64,000 nt of DNA from Octopus sinensis (taxonomy: Eukaryota), in assembly GCF_006345805.1 (NCBI RefSeq), contig NC_043000.1, forward strand, positions 155,930,001 to 155,994,000. Direction: 5' to 3'. How positions within the stretch are numbered: position 1 is the stretch's first letter; every line of letters begins with the position of its first letter. Under the pieces are notes generated by a model. It had not been told where the DNA came from and did not search any database. It worked only from the letters and a program-made list of their open reading frames with translations. The position numbers and the translations under genes were made by a program. Of this stretch, positions 24,740 through 37,629 are shown piece by piece.

Positions 24740-25132
24740 TCACTCACTCTTTCTCTCTCGTTACCATTTCTGATTTAAAAACTATCTCAATTAGCATAAA
24801 TACTTTTATATTCAGACCCACAGTGAAGAGTTCCAACTAAGATCAAAATACATATAATAGGTATTTTATGATTTTTACTAGCTTCGTTACTTTGAAATGA
24901 TAGATTAGACACAATTAAATACCTGAATCTTAAAAATTACAGCTCTGAAGTAGCTATGTTTAACGTTTCTCTTCCCAAATTAGTAAAACGGACAGACCAA
25001 TTAAAATGACACTCACATAAAGAAGTTTTGGAAGTTTTAAAAGAAATGAAACAGAAAATAACATTTATATCATTACTGGGTAGAGAAACGGAGACGGAAA
25101 AGAAAAAGCAGAGAGAATTAAAAAGAACAAAC

Positions 25133-25257
25133 CAGTTTTCTGGGAAAAGCAGAGACTTCTTGTAAACTGATCCACTACAAGGGGAAATAATTGTTTCAGT
25201 ATGAGATGGCTTGCCAGTTTTGTCAATGTTCAAAAGACCCACAGATAAACCAAACAG
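25133..25257 (-). CDS. VPS13B: VPS13B exon (125 nt)
   Basis: Acceptor tgttttag, donor TG|GTTTGT; LFGLSVGLL...FPENW; phase 0 to 2, matching the next exon. Confidence 0.88.
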
Positions 25258-25319
25258 CTAAAACAGAAAAAGAAACATTTTAAAGTAAAGTTTTTAAAGA
25301 AAATTTTGTACTTGCAGAC

Positions 25320-25900
25320 ATGAGTTCAGTGCCCCTGTGTGGGCAAATGTCTTTACCTCAGGCATCGTCTTCTAAAGCCCCATGCCAGTCAAAGCTTTGT
25401 GAGTGGATATGGTAGACAGAAACTGAAAGTAGCCCATTGTATATGTGAGTATGTGTTTGCCCTTGTCTTCGTGCAATAACTGTAAGCAAGCATCACTGCT
25501 ACAGAACAAGTGTCTTTTGTTTCTAATCTTCCATGGAACACGATTGGTTGCAGGAAAACATTGCCTTACTTGGTAACAGATAAATATTTATTTCTTTATT
25601 GCCCACAAGAGGCTAAACATAGAGGGGACAAACAAGGACAGACATAGATATTAAGTCGATTACTTCGACCCCAGTGCGTAACTGGTACTTAATTTATCAA
25701 CCCCGAAAGGATGAAAGGTAAAATCGACCTCGGCGGAATTTGAACTCAGAAAGTATCGACAGACGAAATGCGGATACGCATCTCGCCCAGCGTGCTAACG
25801 TCTCTGCCAGCTTGCCGTCTTGGTAACAGATAAACATTGGCAACAGGAAAGACAAATTCCATTGGATCCATGCAAGTATAAAAAGTGAGCATCAAAATGC
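25320..25900 (+). mobile_element. Old SINE with an A-like head and a different (RTE-like) body and tail, interrupted by SINE-B
   Basis: Head matches SINE-A up to gaaactgaaag, then diverges; SINE-B is inserted with a 16-bp TSD. Confidence 0.6.
25585..25818 (-). mobile_element. SINE-B: tRNA-derived SINE with a Meta/MESC-like central domain and AAAGAAATA(G) tail
   Basis: Central gtcgactttgcctttcatcctttcggggtcgataaattaagtaccag; TSD cttggtaacagataaa. The domain name is from memory. Confidence 0.9.
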
Positions 25901-26482
25901 TGCTGTTACTGATAAGATAAGTGTGTGTGTGTGTCTGTGTCCGTGTACATATATTTATCACCCACTTGCAACATCCCTTGAATCAGACTACAAAATGCAC
26001 AGATAAACACACACATTCTTTCTTTTTGTATTCTTCCTTTCTTCTGCAGAACATTCTCTTTTTGTATGGAAGTAAGAGATTATTCAATTACAGGCACAAA
26101 TGTTTTTTTTTTTTTGGAATATACCACTTCACCACAAAAATGGGTTAAGGGCGTGCTTTCCTTTTGTTTAGTATAACAATTGGAGCAATCAGGGTTATTC
26201 ATGCACCTTGCTCAAAAACTTAACACTAAGAGTAGTAAGATATGAACTTAAGACTAAGTAGTCAATAGTCCAGTAGCCTAACTTCAGTCACTGTGCCTCA
26301 CATTTTACATATATTGATCCATGTGGATCACAAACAGCACTTCAGTAATATACCTCATTAAAAGGAATAAGAAACCTAATGTTAAATCTCCTCTTAAAAT
26401 TGCTGCATAACTAAAAAAACTGCACATAAAGAATGGTAGAAGACAGGAGCAATTAACAAATAAAAAAGTTAATCATATTTAC

Positions 26483-26674
26483 CCTTAGTTGCATGTGTGT
26501 GTAACAATTATGCATGAGCTGACTAGAAGGTCCAGCTAGTTTACTGACCAGTCGAACAACATGCTGAGGATACATGGCTTGATAAAACTGCAACTCAAAA
26601 CGGGAAGCTGACACCACTACAGCTGGCAGTGAACATGGAGTTGATGACATCTCAGTTGACCGTTTGGTGCTAGC
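26483..26674 (-). CDS. VPS13B: VPS13B exon (192 nt)
   Basis: Acceptor aattacag, donor AGG|GTAAAT; MYPQHVVRLVSKL...LMHNCYTHMQLR; phase 0 to 0. Confidence 0.92.
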
Positions 26675-26954
26675 CTGTAATTCAGAATCAAAATATTAAA
26701 TTGAAAATAACACAGGAAAAGAGACGATGTATAACGGTTATAATTTTTGAGAGTATTAACCTCATCCTAGAGTTGAAATATGTTTCTAACATTTACATTT
26801 GCACTCGGTCTTAATCATGAAACATGCATCTACACAAGATGCACTTGAAATCAGTTGATTGCAAGGACTGGTCTTCTCAGTCATAAAAATTCCAGCATTA
26901 ACAAAATAGGAAAAGAACAAAACACTTTTACCTGCAGTCAGTACTAGTGAGGTC

Positions 26955-27347
26955 GTGGAGGCGCAATGGCCCAGTGGTTAGGGCAGCGGACTCGCGGTCG
27001 TAGGATCGCGGTTTCGATTCCCAGACCGGGCGTTGTGAGTGTTTATTGAGCAAAAACACCTAAAAGCTCCACGAGGCTCCGGCAGGGGATGGTGGTGATC
27101 CCTGCTGTACTCTTTCACCACAACTTTCTCTCACTCTTACTTCCTGTTTCTGTTGTACCTGTATTTCAAAGGGCCGGCCTTGTCACATTCTGTGTGTCAC
27201 GCTGAATATCCACGAGAACTACGTTAAGGGTACACGTGTCTGTGGAGTGCTCAGCCACTTACACGTTAATTTCACGAGCAGGCTGCTCCGTTGATTCGGA
27301 TCAACCGGAACCCTCGTCGTCGCAACCGACGGAGTGCTTCCCATCCC
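26955..27347 (+). mobile_element. SINE-C: tRNA(Arg-like)-derived SINE, full length
   Basis: A box TGGCCCAGTGG, B box GGTTTCGATTCCC; 12-bp TSD actagtg(a/c)ggtc. Confidence 0.92.
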
Positions 27348-27806
27348 ACTAGTGCGGTCACCATGTAACTTGGTAACTTGCAAGACAAAATAGTAGAGTA
27401 GAAGGAAAAGAAAAAGAATAAAAAGACTAAGCAAGAGGAAAGGATATTGAGGTGGTTGTATGTAAGATGTTGAGGCACTAAAAAGTAAGATAGAGGACAG
27501 CGCTGGTGCCTTGCTATAGAGTAGATACATGGCTATCCCATATTATATAAGGGTGGGTGGGAGCAGCTGGAAAGAAGACAAGGGTGATGGTGACTTGATG
27601 CCAGAGCATCTCTAGATACAAGGTAGAGTGAGAGGAGAATAGCAGATGGTCAGAAATGGGGGTAGAAGTATGAGTGACCATGTTGTGACCTCCAGGGTAA
27701 TATGTGTTGTGAAGAGAAGACTAAAGGTATATGTTAGTATATTTAGGTACCTCTCTTACATAAACTGCGCACACAGATGTTTTATTACAAAGACACTTCT
27801 ACTCAC

Positions 27807-27985
27807 CCGGCTGCTTCTCGTCGTTTGACGTTTGTGCTTTTGGATAGTTTTCTGGGGGTGCTCAGCTGCAAAAATATATATCTTTGGCTCCAACACAGTT
27901 ACATTGTATGTTCTGATAGGTGTATACTCCTCGAGGTGCTTCACTTGGTCCACCGTCGGCAAAGGACTGTTGTCATTGAGCAATT
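27807..27985 (-). CDS. VPS13B: VPS13B exon (179 nt)
   Basis: Acceptor tttgatcag, donor GTGAGT; VKHLEEYTPIRT; phase 1 to 0. Confidence 0.92.
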
Positions 27986-28194
27986 CTGATCAAAGTGAGC
28001 AAGATAGATTTAAATCAATCAAAAAAATGCAGAGATATTTTCAGTACATATAAAGTATAGAGTAGACAAGGCAAAGACATGGCTGTGTAGTTAAAAAAGT
28101 TTGTTTCCCAACTATGTGGTTTCAGGTTCAGTCCTTCTGCACAGCCCTTTAAACTTTATGTGTAGATTTGTTAGATGGAAATTGAAAGAAGCCA

Positions 28195-28214
<20 letters not shown>

Positions 28215-28225
<11 letters not shown>

Positions 28226-28610
28226 TTACTTGTTTCAGTCATTTGACTGCGGCCATGCTGGAGCACCTCCTTTAGTCGAGCAACTCGACCCCGGGACTTA
28301 TTCTTTTGTAAGCCCAGTACTTATTCTATCGGTCTCTTTTGCTGAACCGCTAAGTAACGGGGACATAAACACACCAGCATCGGTTGTCAAGCAATGCTAG
28401 GGAGACAAACACAGACACACAAACGCATATACATATACATATATACAACGGGCTTCTTCCAGTTTCCGTCTACCAAATCCACTCACAAGGCTTTGGTCGG
28501 CCCGAGGCTATAGTAGAAGACACTTGCCCTAGGTGCCACACACAGGGACTGAACCCGGAACCATGTGGTTGGTAAACAAGCTACTTACCACACAGCCACT
28601 CCTACGCCTA
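28215..28610 (-). mobile_element. SINE-A
   Basis: Same family. Confidence 0.92.
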
Positions 28611-29151
28611 TGAAAACAAGTAATGGCTGTAAATTTAAGATTCTAGACTTGTTGATCAAAAGGTTATGGGTTCAAACTACAGTTAGTGTGCTGTGTCCCT
28701 AAACAATTTAATAAAATGTTATTAAATTTCATTAACATAATTGTAACTATAACTTAAAGCTTAATTCTAACCAATACCTCTAAATTCAAACCCAAAACCC
28801 CAATCCTAAATCCAAACTTCTAAATGCTAACCTTAACTCTCATGACTTTATTTACACATAATCTATACCTACTAATGCATATTTTAGCACAAAGAAGTCA
28901 ACCAACTTATTTCCCAATCTGAAAATTTTAATGTTTTACAGCTGAAACCCCCATATATTTATATTGCAATTACAAGACTTTATAACCTAAACACTTCAGT
29001 TTCAAATAGTTCTTTCTACCTGAATGATTCAAAAGAATAGAAAAAGTTCACTCCTGCAAGCATTGTAAAACTGCCTCTTCCACAAGATATAGCTTACGGT
29101 AGTATGAACTCCATTAAATTGAACTGACTGGATATTTAATGTGAATACTTC

Positions 29152-29379
29152 AAAGCTCTATCTGCGATGATTTCATCTCAATCGAAGGAGAGGGGCTTTC
29201 TCCGTCCGGGTTGCGGGTCCGTGGAATAAGCTGCCAGACGAGATGGTGAAGATGCCGACGACCGCTCGGTTCAAAGTTTCCCTTGACCTCAAGTGGCCTG
29301 AACTCTTTACATAACTCCATGTCCCCCTACATGGCCTTGCTTTTTGCTTTTTGAGCCAAAAAATTAACTAACTAACTAA
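29152..29379 (+). mobile_element. CR1 family 1, short 3' fragment
   Basis: Near-identical to 13920-14160; (CTAA)n tail. Confidence 0.92.
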
Positions 29380-29737
29380 GGTTCTTTTATGACTGAACAG
29401 ATAATGAGAATTACCATAGAATTTATAAATGTGCAATAAAAGTATATTTGTAATCCATTATATCTGTGAAACTGTGCAGAGCAATAACTAAGACTCCAAT
29501 CGTTTTATACATAGCAAATAACCACAATGTGGAGAGCCTCTGCATAGTCAATCAACTTGCCAGAAATATCACATAACTCACAATCTATTGTCTTAAAAAT
29601 AGCTCACACTGGATAATGTAGGCTTAAATAACACTATACTTGAATAAAAGACATAGCAGTCTTGGCTGGAGCTTTTAAGCATAAGTCTGTACAATCTAAG
29701 TTGAATTAGAGCTAAACAATAACGAGAGGTAGTCTAA

Positions 29738-30134
29738 TCTTTATATATAAAAGTGAAGTCGTGTGTCTGTCTCCTACAATTTAGATTCCTAACAACTCCC
29801 ACATTTTGCGGTGCAGTTTAACCAAAACCGGGTATCTTATAGTCGTGATTCATATCGAGCCCTTCTGGGTATTAGTGCGCGTCTACGATGAGTCTACGAT
29901 TTAAAAAATAATTTACCATCAATTTTTCCCATTTTTAATGCATTTTTGGCATATATAAGGGAAGTAACTCTCTAAAAATTTATTGTTAAATCTCAGAACG
30001 TAAAAAGCTACAGTAACACCCCTCCCCCCTTTGTGGTTAGCCATATTGAGATGGCTATTATACTTTACATCTCTAAAAATGCTTATATAGTTATTTCCCT
30101 TACAAACTCAAGCAATGCCGGGCGATACTGCTAG
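29738..30134 (+). mobile_element. Non-autonomous Helitron
   Basis: A|TC...CTAG|T boundaries and a GC-rich subterminal motif; three related copies in the window. Confidence 0.88.
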
Positions 30135-30192
30135 TCTTTTATGGAAATAAAATAGAATGATGAAGAACTGAAGTGAACAATTGTTAAAGTAC

Positions 30193-30384
30193 CTGTTTTC
30201 GGAAGACAGTAAGGCTCGTATTCATGGTCAGTAGCACAATAAAACACTTTCTGTAAACGATGGACAAAAGAACTGGATACATTGACAATAACAGAACCCA
30301 ACAGAAATGTCAGCAGGGCATTCTCACGGATGTTGGCTACATTTTCTGTACTGTTGGCATCACTGGATGTTGAAGATTTGCTAC
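30193..30384 (-). CDS. VPS13B: VPS13B exon (192 nt)
   Basis: Acceptor tttttgtag, donor CAG|GTACTT; VHRLQKVFYCATDHEYEPY; phase 1 to 1. Confidence 0.94.
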
Positions 30385-30530
30385 CTACAAAAACAATGAA
30401 AGAAATCAATGTTTGATGAATCCATTAACAGTAATTTTATTATATTTTATAATTATATAACAACATATATCAGCAAAAACATGTAAACATCAGCAAGACA
30501 ACTCCTAAACCAATGCTTTCAACCAAAAAT

Positions 30531-30939
30531 ACCTTTACTCTTTTACTTGTTTCAGTCATTTGACTGCAGCCATGCTGGAGCGCCGCCTTTAGTCAAGCAA
30601 ATCGACCCCGGGACTTATTCTTTGTAAGCCCAGTACTTATTCTATCGGTCTCTTTTGCCGAACCACTAAGTGACGGGGACGTAAACACACCAGCATCGGT
30701 TGTCAAGCAATGCTAGGGGGACAAACACAGACACACAAACATATACACACACACTTATATATAGATACATATATACGACAGGCTTCTTTCAGTTTCCGTC
30801 TACCAAATCCACTCACATGGCATTAGTCGGCCCGGGGCTATAGCAGAAGACACTTGCCCAAGATGCCATGCAGTGGGACTGAACCCGGAACCATGTGCTT
30901 GGTAAGAAAGCTACTTACCACACAGCCACTCCTGCGCCT
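30531..30939 (-). mobile_element. SINE-A
   Basis: Same family. Confidence 0.92.
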
Positions 30940-31124
30940 TGTGATATATATCTGCATGAGATGCACAGATATTCCCTTCTCACTTTCACTCTCAGAAATA
31001 CAGTGAATTAGTGGATGAAACTTCTAACAAACAAAATGAGACGTAAAATAATCAAATAACTATTACCAGCTTAGTGTTGATCTAACTGCTAATTCCTGTG
31101 TTTTCCTTGAAATATGTACATATA

Positions 31125-31740
31125 TTGGGTCATCCCATAAATAATGAGGTTTTTTTAATATTTCTTTTATTTTTCGAAATTAAGATAAACAGCAGTCTTT
31201 TTTAATCAGAAATATACTCTCCTTCATTTTCTACAATGTTCTTCCATCTATCTGCTAGACTTGCAAGGCCCCTCTTCCAAAATTCAATTTTTTTCCAGTA
31301 CCATTCTGACCTCATCTACAGAATTCACATTTTTTCCTTCCAAATGATTTTGAAGACTGCAGAATAAATGATAATCAGATGGGGCAACGTCCAGCAAGTA
31401 TGGTGGGTGGGGTATTGTTTCCCCATTCAAACTACTCCAGCCTTTGGAAAGTCATCCTCGCTGTATGTGGCCAAGCATTATCCTGATGGAAGAACACCTT
31501 TCATCTTGAAACCAAAGATGATCATTTTTATTCTGGCGCTGACTTAAGCCGCTCAAGCTGCTTGCAGTAGATCTCCTTTGTTATTGCTTGGTTTGGGTTT
31601 AAAAGTTCAAAGTGGACTAAACCTAAACCTTTCATATCCCATCAAACAGACAACAACATCTTACGGGGGTGAAGACCTTCTTTAACCTGATGAAGATGTA
31701 CAAAACGCAGTGAAGCACGATACAACCCTTAATAATGTTA
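31125..31740 (-). mobile_element. Mariner transposon 3' fragment (transposase pseudogene and TIR)
   Basis: GLHPRKMLLSV*WDMKG...FFHQDNAWPHT...PHPPY..DVAPSDYHLF...RWKNIVENEGEYI; TA|TTGGGTCATCCCATAAATAATG terminus. Confidence 0.92.
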
Positions 31741-31809
31741 TTCCCTGCCCAATTTTAAATTACAAATGGAAACAAACTGACTTTCATACAACAGACTGCA
31801 TTTCCTGAA

Positions 31810-32174
31810 CTATACTGGCACTGGCACCCGGCAGATGCCAGGACCCCTGGACTGGTGGTACGTAAAAAGCACTATCCGACTCGTGGCCGATGCCAGCGCC
31901 GCCTCGACTGGCTTCCGTGCCGGTGGCATGTAAATTGCACCAATCCGACCGTGGCCGTTGCCAGCCTCACCTGGCACCTGTGCGGGTGGCACGTAAAAAG
32001 CACCCACTACACTCACGGAGTGGTTGGCGTTAGGAAGGGCATCCAGCTGTAGAAACATTGCCAGATAAGACTGGAGCCTGGTGCAGCCTTCTGGCTTCCC
32101 AGATCCCCGGTCAAACCATCCAACCCATGCTAGCATGGAGAACGGACGTTAAACGATGATGATGATGATGATGA
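31810..32174 (+). mobile_element. RTE-E 3' UTR copy
   Basis: Same terminus. Confidence 0.85.
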
Positions 32175-32214
32175 TAATATTCCCTCTCCCTCTCTCTCTT
32201 TCGGAGAGGCACTG

Positions 32215-32391
32215 AGCAGCTATACGCACACATACACACACGGCAGTAACTTCCACCTACCGAATTCAATCACAAAGCTTCGGTCTGCTCGGGGCTATAG
32301 CAGAAGACACCTGCACAAAGTGCCACACAGTGGGACTGAACCCGAAACCATGTAGCTAGGAAGCAAGCTCCCTAACCACACAGCCATGCCC
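32215..32391 (-). mobile_element. SINE-A-related head fragment (older)
   Basis: Diverged 5' half only. Confidence 0.7.
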
Positions 32392-33199
32392 GATTCATAT
32401 TTATAAAATGAAACATATGCTTAATTGATAACCACCAGTTTTAATATGATAAGAGTTAGACAGGTACTCAGTATGGTACACAACTGAATCAGTGTCATTC
32501 TGTCAGTGAGTCCCACTATACTGATAAACGCTTCTCTTCCTCTATGAATTTCAGTTTTCTTCTACCAGATGTACTTTCTACTCTCTACACAACAAATTTT
32601 CAGTTCACATGTTCATCACATCACACATCAGTAACAGCTACACTGCCTTTGTTTATACATCAATTACTGCTTTTAACGTCCAGTGACATTCTCAGAATAC
32701 TGCAGAATATTTATACTATATAAATAACTTACATTTATGCTATGTTATTATTACACATTCACCAGATCAGAACACATACACACCAACATCACTATTTTGA
32801 CATATGCTCTTGCATACTGACATGGGTTGGACAGGTCTACTCTACAACTTACTAAAGTTTGTTCTAACCTTATCTGTGAGACCAGCATTCTGAGATCTGA
32901 CCTGACCCACTTCTCCTAAACATGCTTTCTTTACTTGTTAAGGTTATCCCTACAGATTTTCTGCAGAAATTCTAGCCAGCACTGATTTTGTTATAAGGTT
33001 TCATATCCAAGACGTCTGATGTAAACAACAACAAGATCTCATTGTTGTTTACATCAGTTGTCTCAGATCCGAAATGTAACAAAATCAGTGCTGTCTGTAA
33101 TTTCTATAGAAAATATGTGGAGATAACCCTAATAAGTGATTTATTAGCACTGCTAACACAGTAGGACTTATAAAAATGTTTAATATACTATATGGTATA

Positions 33200-33472
33200 T
33201 TACTGGACTGGCTCCTGTGCAGGTGGCACATAAAAACCACCATTTGAGCATGGCTGTTGCCAGTACCGCCTGACTGGCCCTTGTGCCAGTGGAACATAAA
33301 AGCACCCACTACACTCACAGAGTGGTTGGCATTAGGAAGGGCATCCAGCTGTAGAAACTCTGCCAGATCAGATTGGAGTTTGGTGCAGCCATCTGGTTCG
33401 CCAGTCCTCAGTCAAATCGTCCAACCAATGCTAGCATGGAAAGCGGACATTAAACGATGACGATGATGATGA
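33200..33472 (+). mobile_element. RTE-E 3' UTR copy (older)
   Basis: Same terminus. Confidence 0.82.
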
Positions 33473-33719
33473 CATGGTTGCATAACAAAACACTGTGTCC
33501 CTACAAGTCACTAATCTTTCTTTACTGGGATTCTGTTGACCTGTTTTTTTATCTGTGCTCACTGATAACATGAATTAACACTTGAATAATAACAGTTGTT
33601 AACCGTTCGCTGATAGTGTGAAGCAGCATTCAGTAATTGTAGGTTGTTCACTGATAACACATGGAAAAACATTTTCACATACAAAAAGTTTGGTTTCACA
33701 GTCAGTTAATGGTTTATAC

Positions 33720-33938
33720 CAGTGGTTTTCAACCAGGGTTCCGCGGAACCTTAGGATTCCGCCAGTACAGTCCAGGGGTTCCGCAAGAAGTTACAAAACT
33801 GCTAAAATCGGCAGTAATTTTTAATTCTCCTGTGCAGATATGTGTGCATAAGACTATTAAATTATTGCACAGGGGTTCCTCGAGCCAGTGGAATCTTTCC
33901 TTGAGGTTCTGCTCCAGCAAAAAGTTTGAAAAGCACTG
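33720..33938. mobile_element. hAT (Charlie-like) MITE
   Basis: CAGTGGTTTTCAA...TTGAAAAGCACTG TIRs; 8-bp TSD gtttatac/gtttagac. Confidence 0.88.
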
Positions 33939-34019
33939 GTTTAGACAATAAAGCTGTTCCCTAATACTATAAAGACTCACAATGAAATACAGCCCCTGCA
34001 TCTGAGACAGAGCAGCTGC

Positions 34020-34270
34020 TTTCCGAAAAGCTCAATCTGCGACGATTTCATCTCAATCGAAGGAGAGGGGCTTTCTCCGTCCGGGTTGCGGATCCGTGGA
34101 ATAAGCTGCCAGACGAGATGGTGAAGATGCCGACGACCGCTTGGTTCAAAGTCTCCCTTGACCACAAATGGCCTGAACTCTTTGCATGAACACCACCCTG
34201 TACATAACTCCATGTCCCCCTACATGGCCTTGCTTTTTACTTTTTGAGCCAAAAAATTAACTTAACTTAA
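34020..34270 (+). mobile_element. CR1 family 1, short 3' fragment
   Basis: Near-identical to 13912-14160. Confidence 0.92.
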
Positions 34271-34431
34271 CATGCAAAAGAAAGCCTCCCAACCCATTGA
34301 CAAAGAGTCACTAACCAACGCACTTCAATCATCTGATATCACAGATGTGCAGTCTCCTCCTTTTACCCTTTCTACCACTACTATAATAGTACATCTCGCA
34401 TCTGCTAATACTTATAACTTATATTCATACC

Positions 34432-34668
34432 TATTTCTTTATTACCCACAAGGGGCTAAACATAGAGAGAGGGGACAAACAAAGACAGACATAGGTATTA
34501 AGTCGATTACATCGACCCCAGTGCGTAACTGGTACTTAATTTATCTACCCTGAAAGGATGAAAGGTAAAGTCGACCTCAGCGGAGTTTGAACTCAGAACG
34601 TAGCGGCAGACGAAATACTGCAAAGCATTTCGCCTGGCATGCTAACGTTTCTGCCAGCTCGTCGCCTT
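34432..34668 (-). mobile_element. SINE-B, full length
   Basis: 14-bp TSD cttatattcatacc at 34418-34431 and 34669-34682. Confidence 0.93.
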
Positions 34669-34869
34669 CTTATATTCATACCATTTCCCTACCACCCACA
34701 CCTAAGCCACACTAATCCCTTTAACCAATCCTTCCTTCCCAGGGCATCATCCCTCTAGAATTCCCTACTCATCCTATTCCTTTTCTTCAGCCAAGATGAA
34801 CATCCCCAGCAGTCTTGAAAAACCTGCAAAAGTTACAGACTCAGACAATTACTCCTGACAAAATTGAAA

Positions 34870-35312
34870 CTCCGATGTCTGGCAGCTGACTTGGCAGACA
34901 CCCATAAAATTATCAACCATCGTACAAACAATAACTCTGAGCACCTTTTCAAACTCCACCCATCTAACACCCGTGGACATATTTACAAAGTCAGAAAACA
35001 GCACGGCTCCCATGACTTCAGGTAACATTTTTTCACGCTGAGAGTTGCTGAAGCATGGAACAAACTGCCGGCATCAGTTATTAGTTGTTGGAGCACTGCA
35101 TCCTTCAAAACTTCCATGCTTCCTGAGATTCACCAACACTACACCTGATTTTCTCCCCTCCATACACACGCAAGCATGTATCTGACTCATACATTGTTCG
35201 CTTTCCAGACATTTTTACATTACTGCATATGCTTTATACGCACTTTTGACAAGTTGTGGTGCACCTGAGCACTGTATACAATAATTTCATTATTATTATT
35301 ATTATTATTATA
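34870..35312 (+). mobile_element. CR1 family 2, 3' fragment
   Basis: NTRGHIYKVRKQH...FFTLRVAEAWNKLP; (TTA)n tail. Confidence 0.9.
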
Positions 35313-35352
35313 AATCATTAAAATAAAACAAAAAAAGGTTCAGTTTACTCAC

Positions 35353-35584
35353 CTGCTTTCCGTTCTGGTTCAATTACAGTATAAAGGTAGTCAAACCAGA
35401 AGAGACCAAACTTTTGCATTCCATACTGTTCCGTGTAGACTTCAACATGTTTATCAAAATCAGTTATAAAGGATGGTGTTTGAAGAACATTCTCAGCACA
35501 GGCGATGTCAAACAATGAATTGGTTAGGTAACAAAGGGATCCATCGTTATCAATAGATTCACCTCCTTTCAAGAGTGTTAGAGA
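35353..35584 (-). CDS. VPS13B: VPS13B exon (232 nt)
   Basis: Acceptor ttctgtag, donor GTGAGT; YLTNSLFD...YTEQYGMQKFGLFWFDYLYT; phase 0 to 1. Confidence 0.95.
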
Positions 35585-35648
35585 CTACAGAAGAAGAAGA
35601 TAATAATGATAATAATAATAATAATAATAATAATGATAATAATAATAA

Positions 35649-35717
<69 letters not shown>

Positions 35718-36146
35718 GCATGAGTATCCTCTGTGATCATAATATCTCGGTGAAAGAATTTGACAAGATCAGAAAATATAAAGACCTACTCATTGAAATT
35801 GAGAACATGTGGCATCTCAAGGCGGTTACAATACCAGTGATCATAGGAGCACTAGGAATGATCAAGAAGGGAACCGAAAATTATATTTGAATGATCCCTA
35901 GCTTACCATCCCTGCAAGAAGTGCAAAAGATTGTCTTAACTGGTACATCACACTTATTGAGAAGAGCATTGTCGATGTGAGAACTATTACTACCCATGTA
36001 TTTTAATTTAACTTTATTTCTATCAAAAAAAAGAATGAACTAGTGAGTTTAGCTTAATGGCCTACCAACGTAGACTATGAGTTTCTTTGCCCTAGGAGTC
36101 GGGAAGACACTTGGCAAGAAATGGAAGCAAATTTGAAAGAAGAAAA

Positions 36147-36148
<2 letters not shown>
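35718..36148 (+). mobile_element. R4/Dong-clade LINE 3' end inside an (AAT)n microsatellite
   Basis: DHNISVKEFDKIRKYKDLLIEI..MW...IPVIIGALG...EVQKIVL; long (AAT)n runs on both sides. Confidence 0.88.
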
Positions 36149-36183
<35 letters not shown>

Positions 36184-36394
36184 TCTACTATAGGTGCAAG
36201 GCCTGAAATTTTGGAGTAAGGGGACAAGTCGATTACCTCAACCCCAGTACTCAACTGGTATTTATTTTAATGACCCGAAAGGATGAAGGACAAAATGGAC
36301 TTGGGTAGAATTTGAACTAAGAATGGAAAGACAGATGAAATGCCACTAATCATTTCGCCCAGTGTGCTAATGATTCTGCCAGCTTGCAACCTTA

Positions 36395-36952
36395 ATAATG
36401 ATAAGTGTCTCCACTGTGCTGCATCTGTAATAGATTGGTTGAAACCATTGCTCATGTCACAAATGAATACGTACACTTGCCCAAAACGACGACAAGTTGT
36501 GGCGACATGATCAGGTAGCGAAAGTGTTGCACTGGAAACTGAACGAAAAGTAGGGGCCAGAGAGAGGCAAAACATAGTATGCGTACAAACCGCAGAGAGT
36601 AGTGGAGTCGGAGGTTTGCAAAATCCTCTGGGATTTCCCAATCCAAACAGACCAGGTGCTAGAGCATAACAGACCGGATGTGGTGGTCATGGACAAGGTG
36701 CACCACATATGCTATATATGTTGCATGCCCCTTTGACACACAAATAGTCAAGAAGGAAGGAAAAAAAAAAGATAAATACAACCCTCTGAAGTACGATATA
36801 GCCCAGCTATGGAAAATGAAGAAGGTGAAGATAGTGCCAATTACTGTTGGGTCCTTGGGGATAGTGTCAGAAGGCATCAAGAGGAATATGAAGGAAATTG
36901 GAATAGAGTGCCCAGTAGAACTGTTACAAAAGGTTTGCCTCCTTGGCACTAT
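36395..36952 (+). mobile_element. Second R4/Dong-clade LINE fragment (different subfamily)
   Basis: CCICNRLVETIAH...RHDQVAKVLHW...KILWDFPIQTDQVLEHNRPDVVV...KIVPITVGSLG. Confidence 0.88.
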
Positions 36953-37255
36953 ATATATATAAGTTCAGTAAAATTTAGATTCAAATGAATATGGTACTTA
37001 AGTTGAAGGCACCAGAATTTAGTATGGTATAATCCATATAATTTAAAATAAGGTGATTATAATCAAAATTTGTCTATCTCCTTATCCTTATACAAATGAA
37101 TCCTTCGAATTTAACTAAATTCTATATTTTTATGCAGCTGAAGATTGCTCTACATTTTAAACTGATGTAATGAAATGATTGCATTGTTCAATTAAATGGA
37201 GTCGCATGAAACAATCGTACTGCATTACCTCTGGATATCCTTGTTGCTTATTTTG

Positions 37256-37295
<40 letters not shown>

Positions 37296-37629
37296 TACAT
37301 GGGTGGGGTGGATGGAGTGGAGCCAGAAAGAGAAGTAAAGATGATAGTGATGAGAAGCAAGAGTGTACCCTCAAGGTAACATATCTGAGAAGATAAACAG
37401 AAGAGAGTTTCATGACAGAAGGATCAGGAAAGGTGGGTAGGGATTGTAAGATTACGGGGGGGGGGTACGAAGGAGGATTTAGTTTATGATGAAGTTATAA
37501 ACTGCAGCTTCAATATAAGAAATTCGAAACTGAAACAAAAATCATTTCTCTTTATATGAGAGTTATTAAAAGTGTTCTAATTAAATGTTATTTCATATAG
37601 TTCCTCTCACACCTCTAAACTGAGCAACA

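Noticed and set aside
26955-27030. tRNA genes at SINE heads (also 1979, 23119, 47988, 56004)
   Set aside because: A and B boxes are present, but the acceptor stems are incomplete and each continues into a SINE body, several with TSDs.
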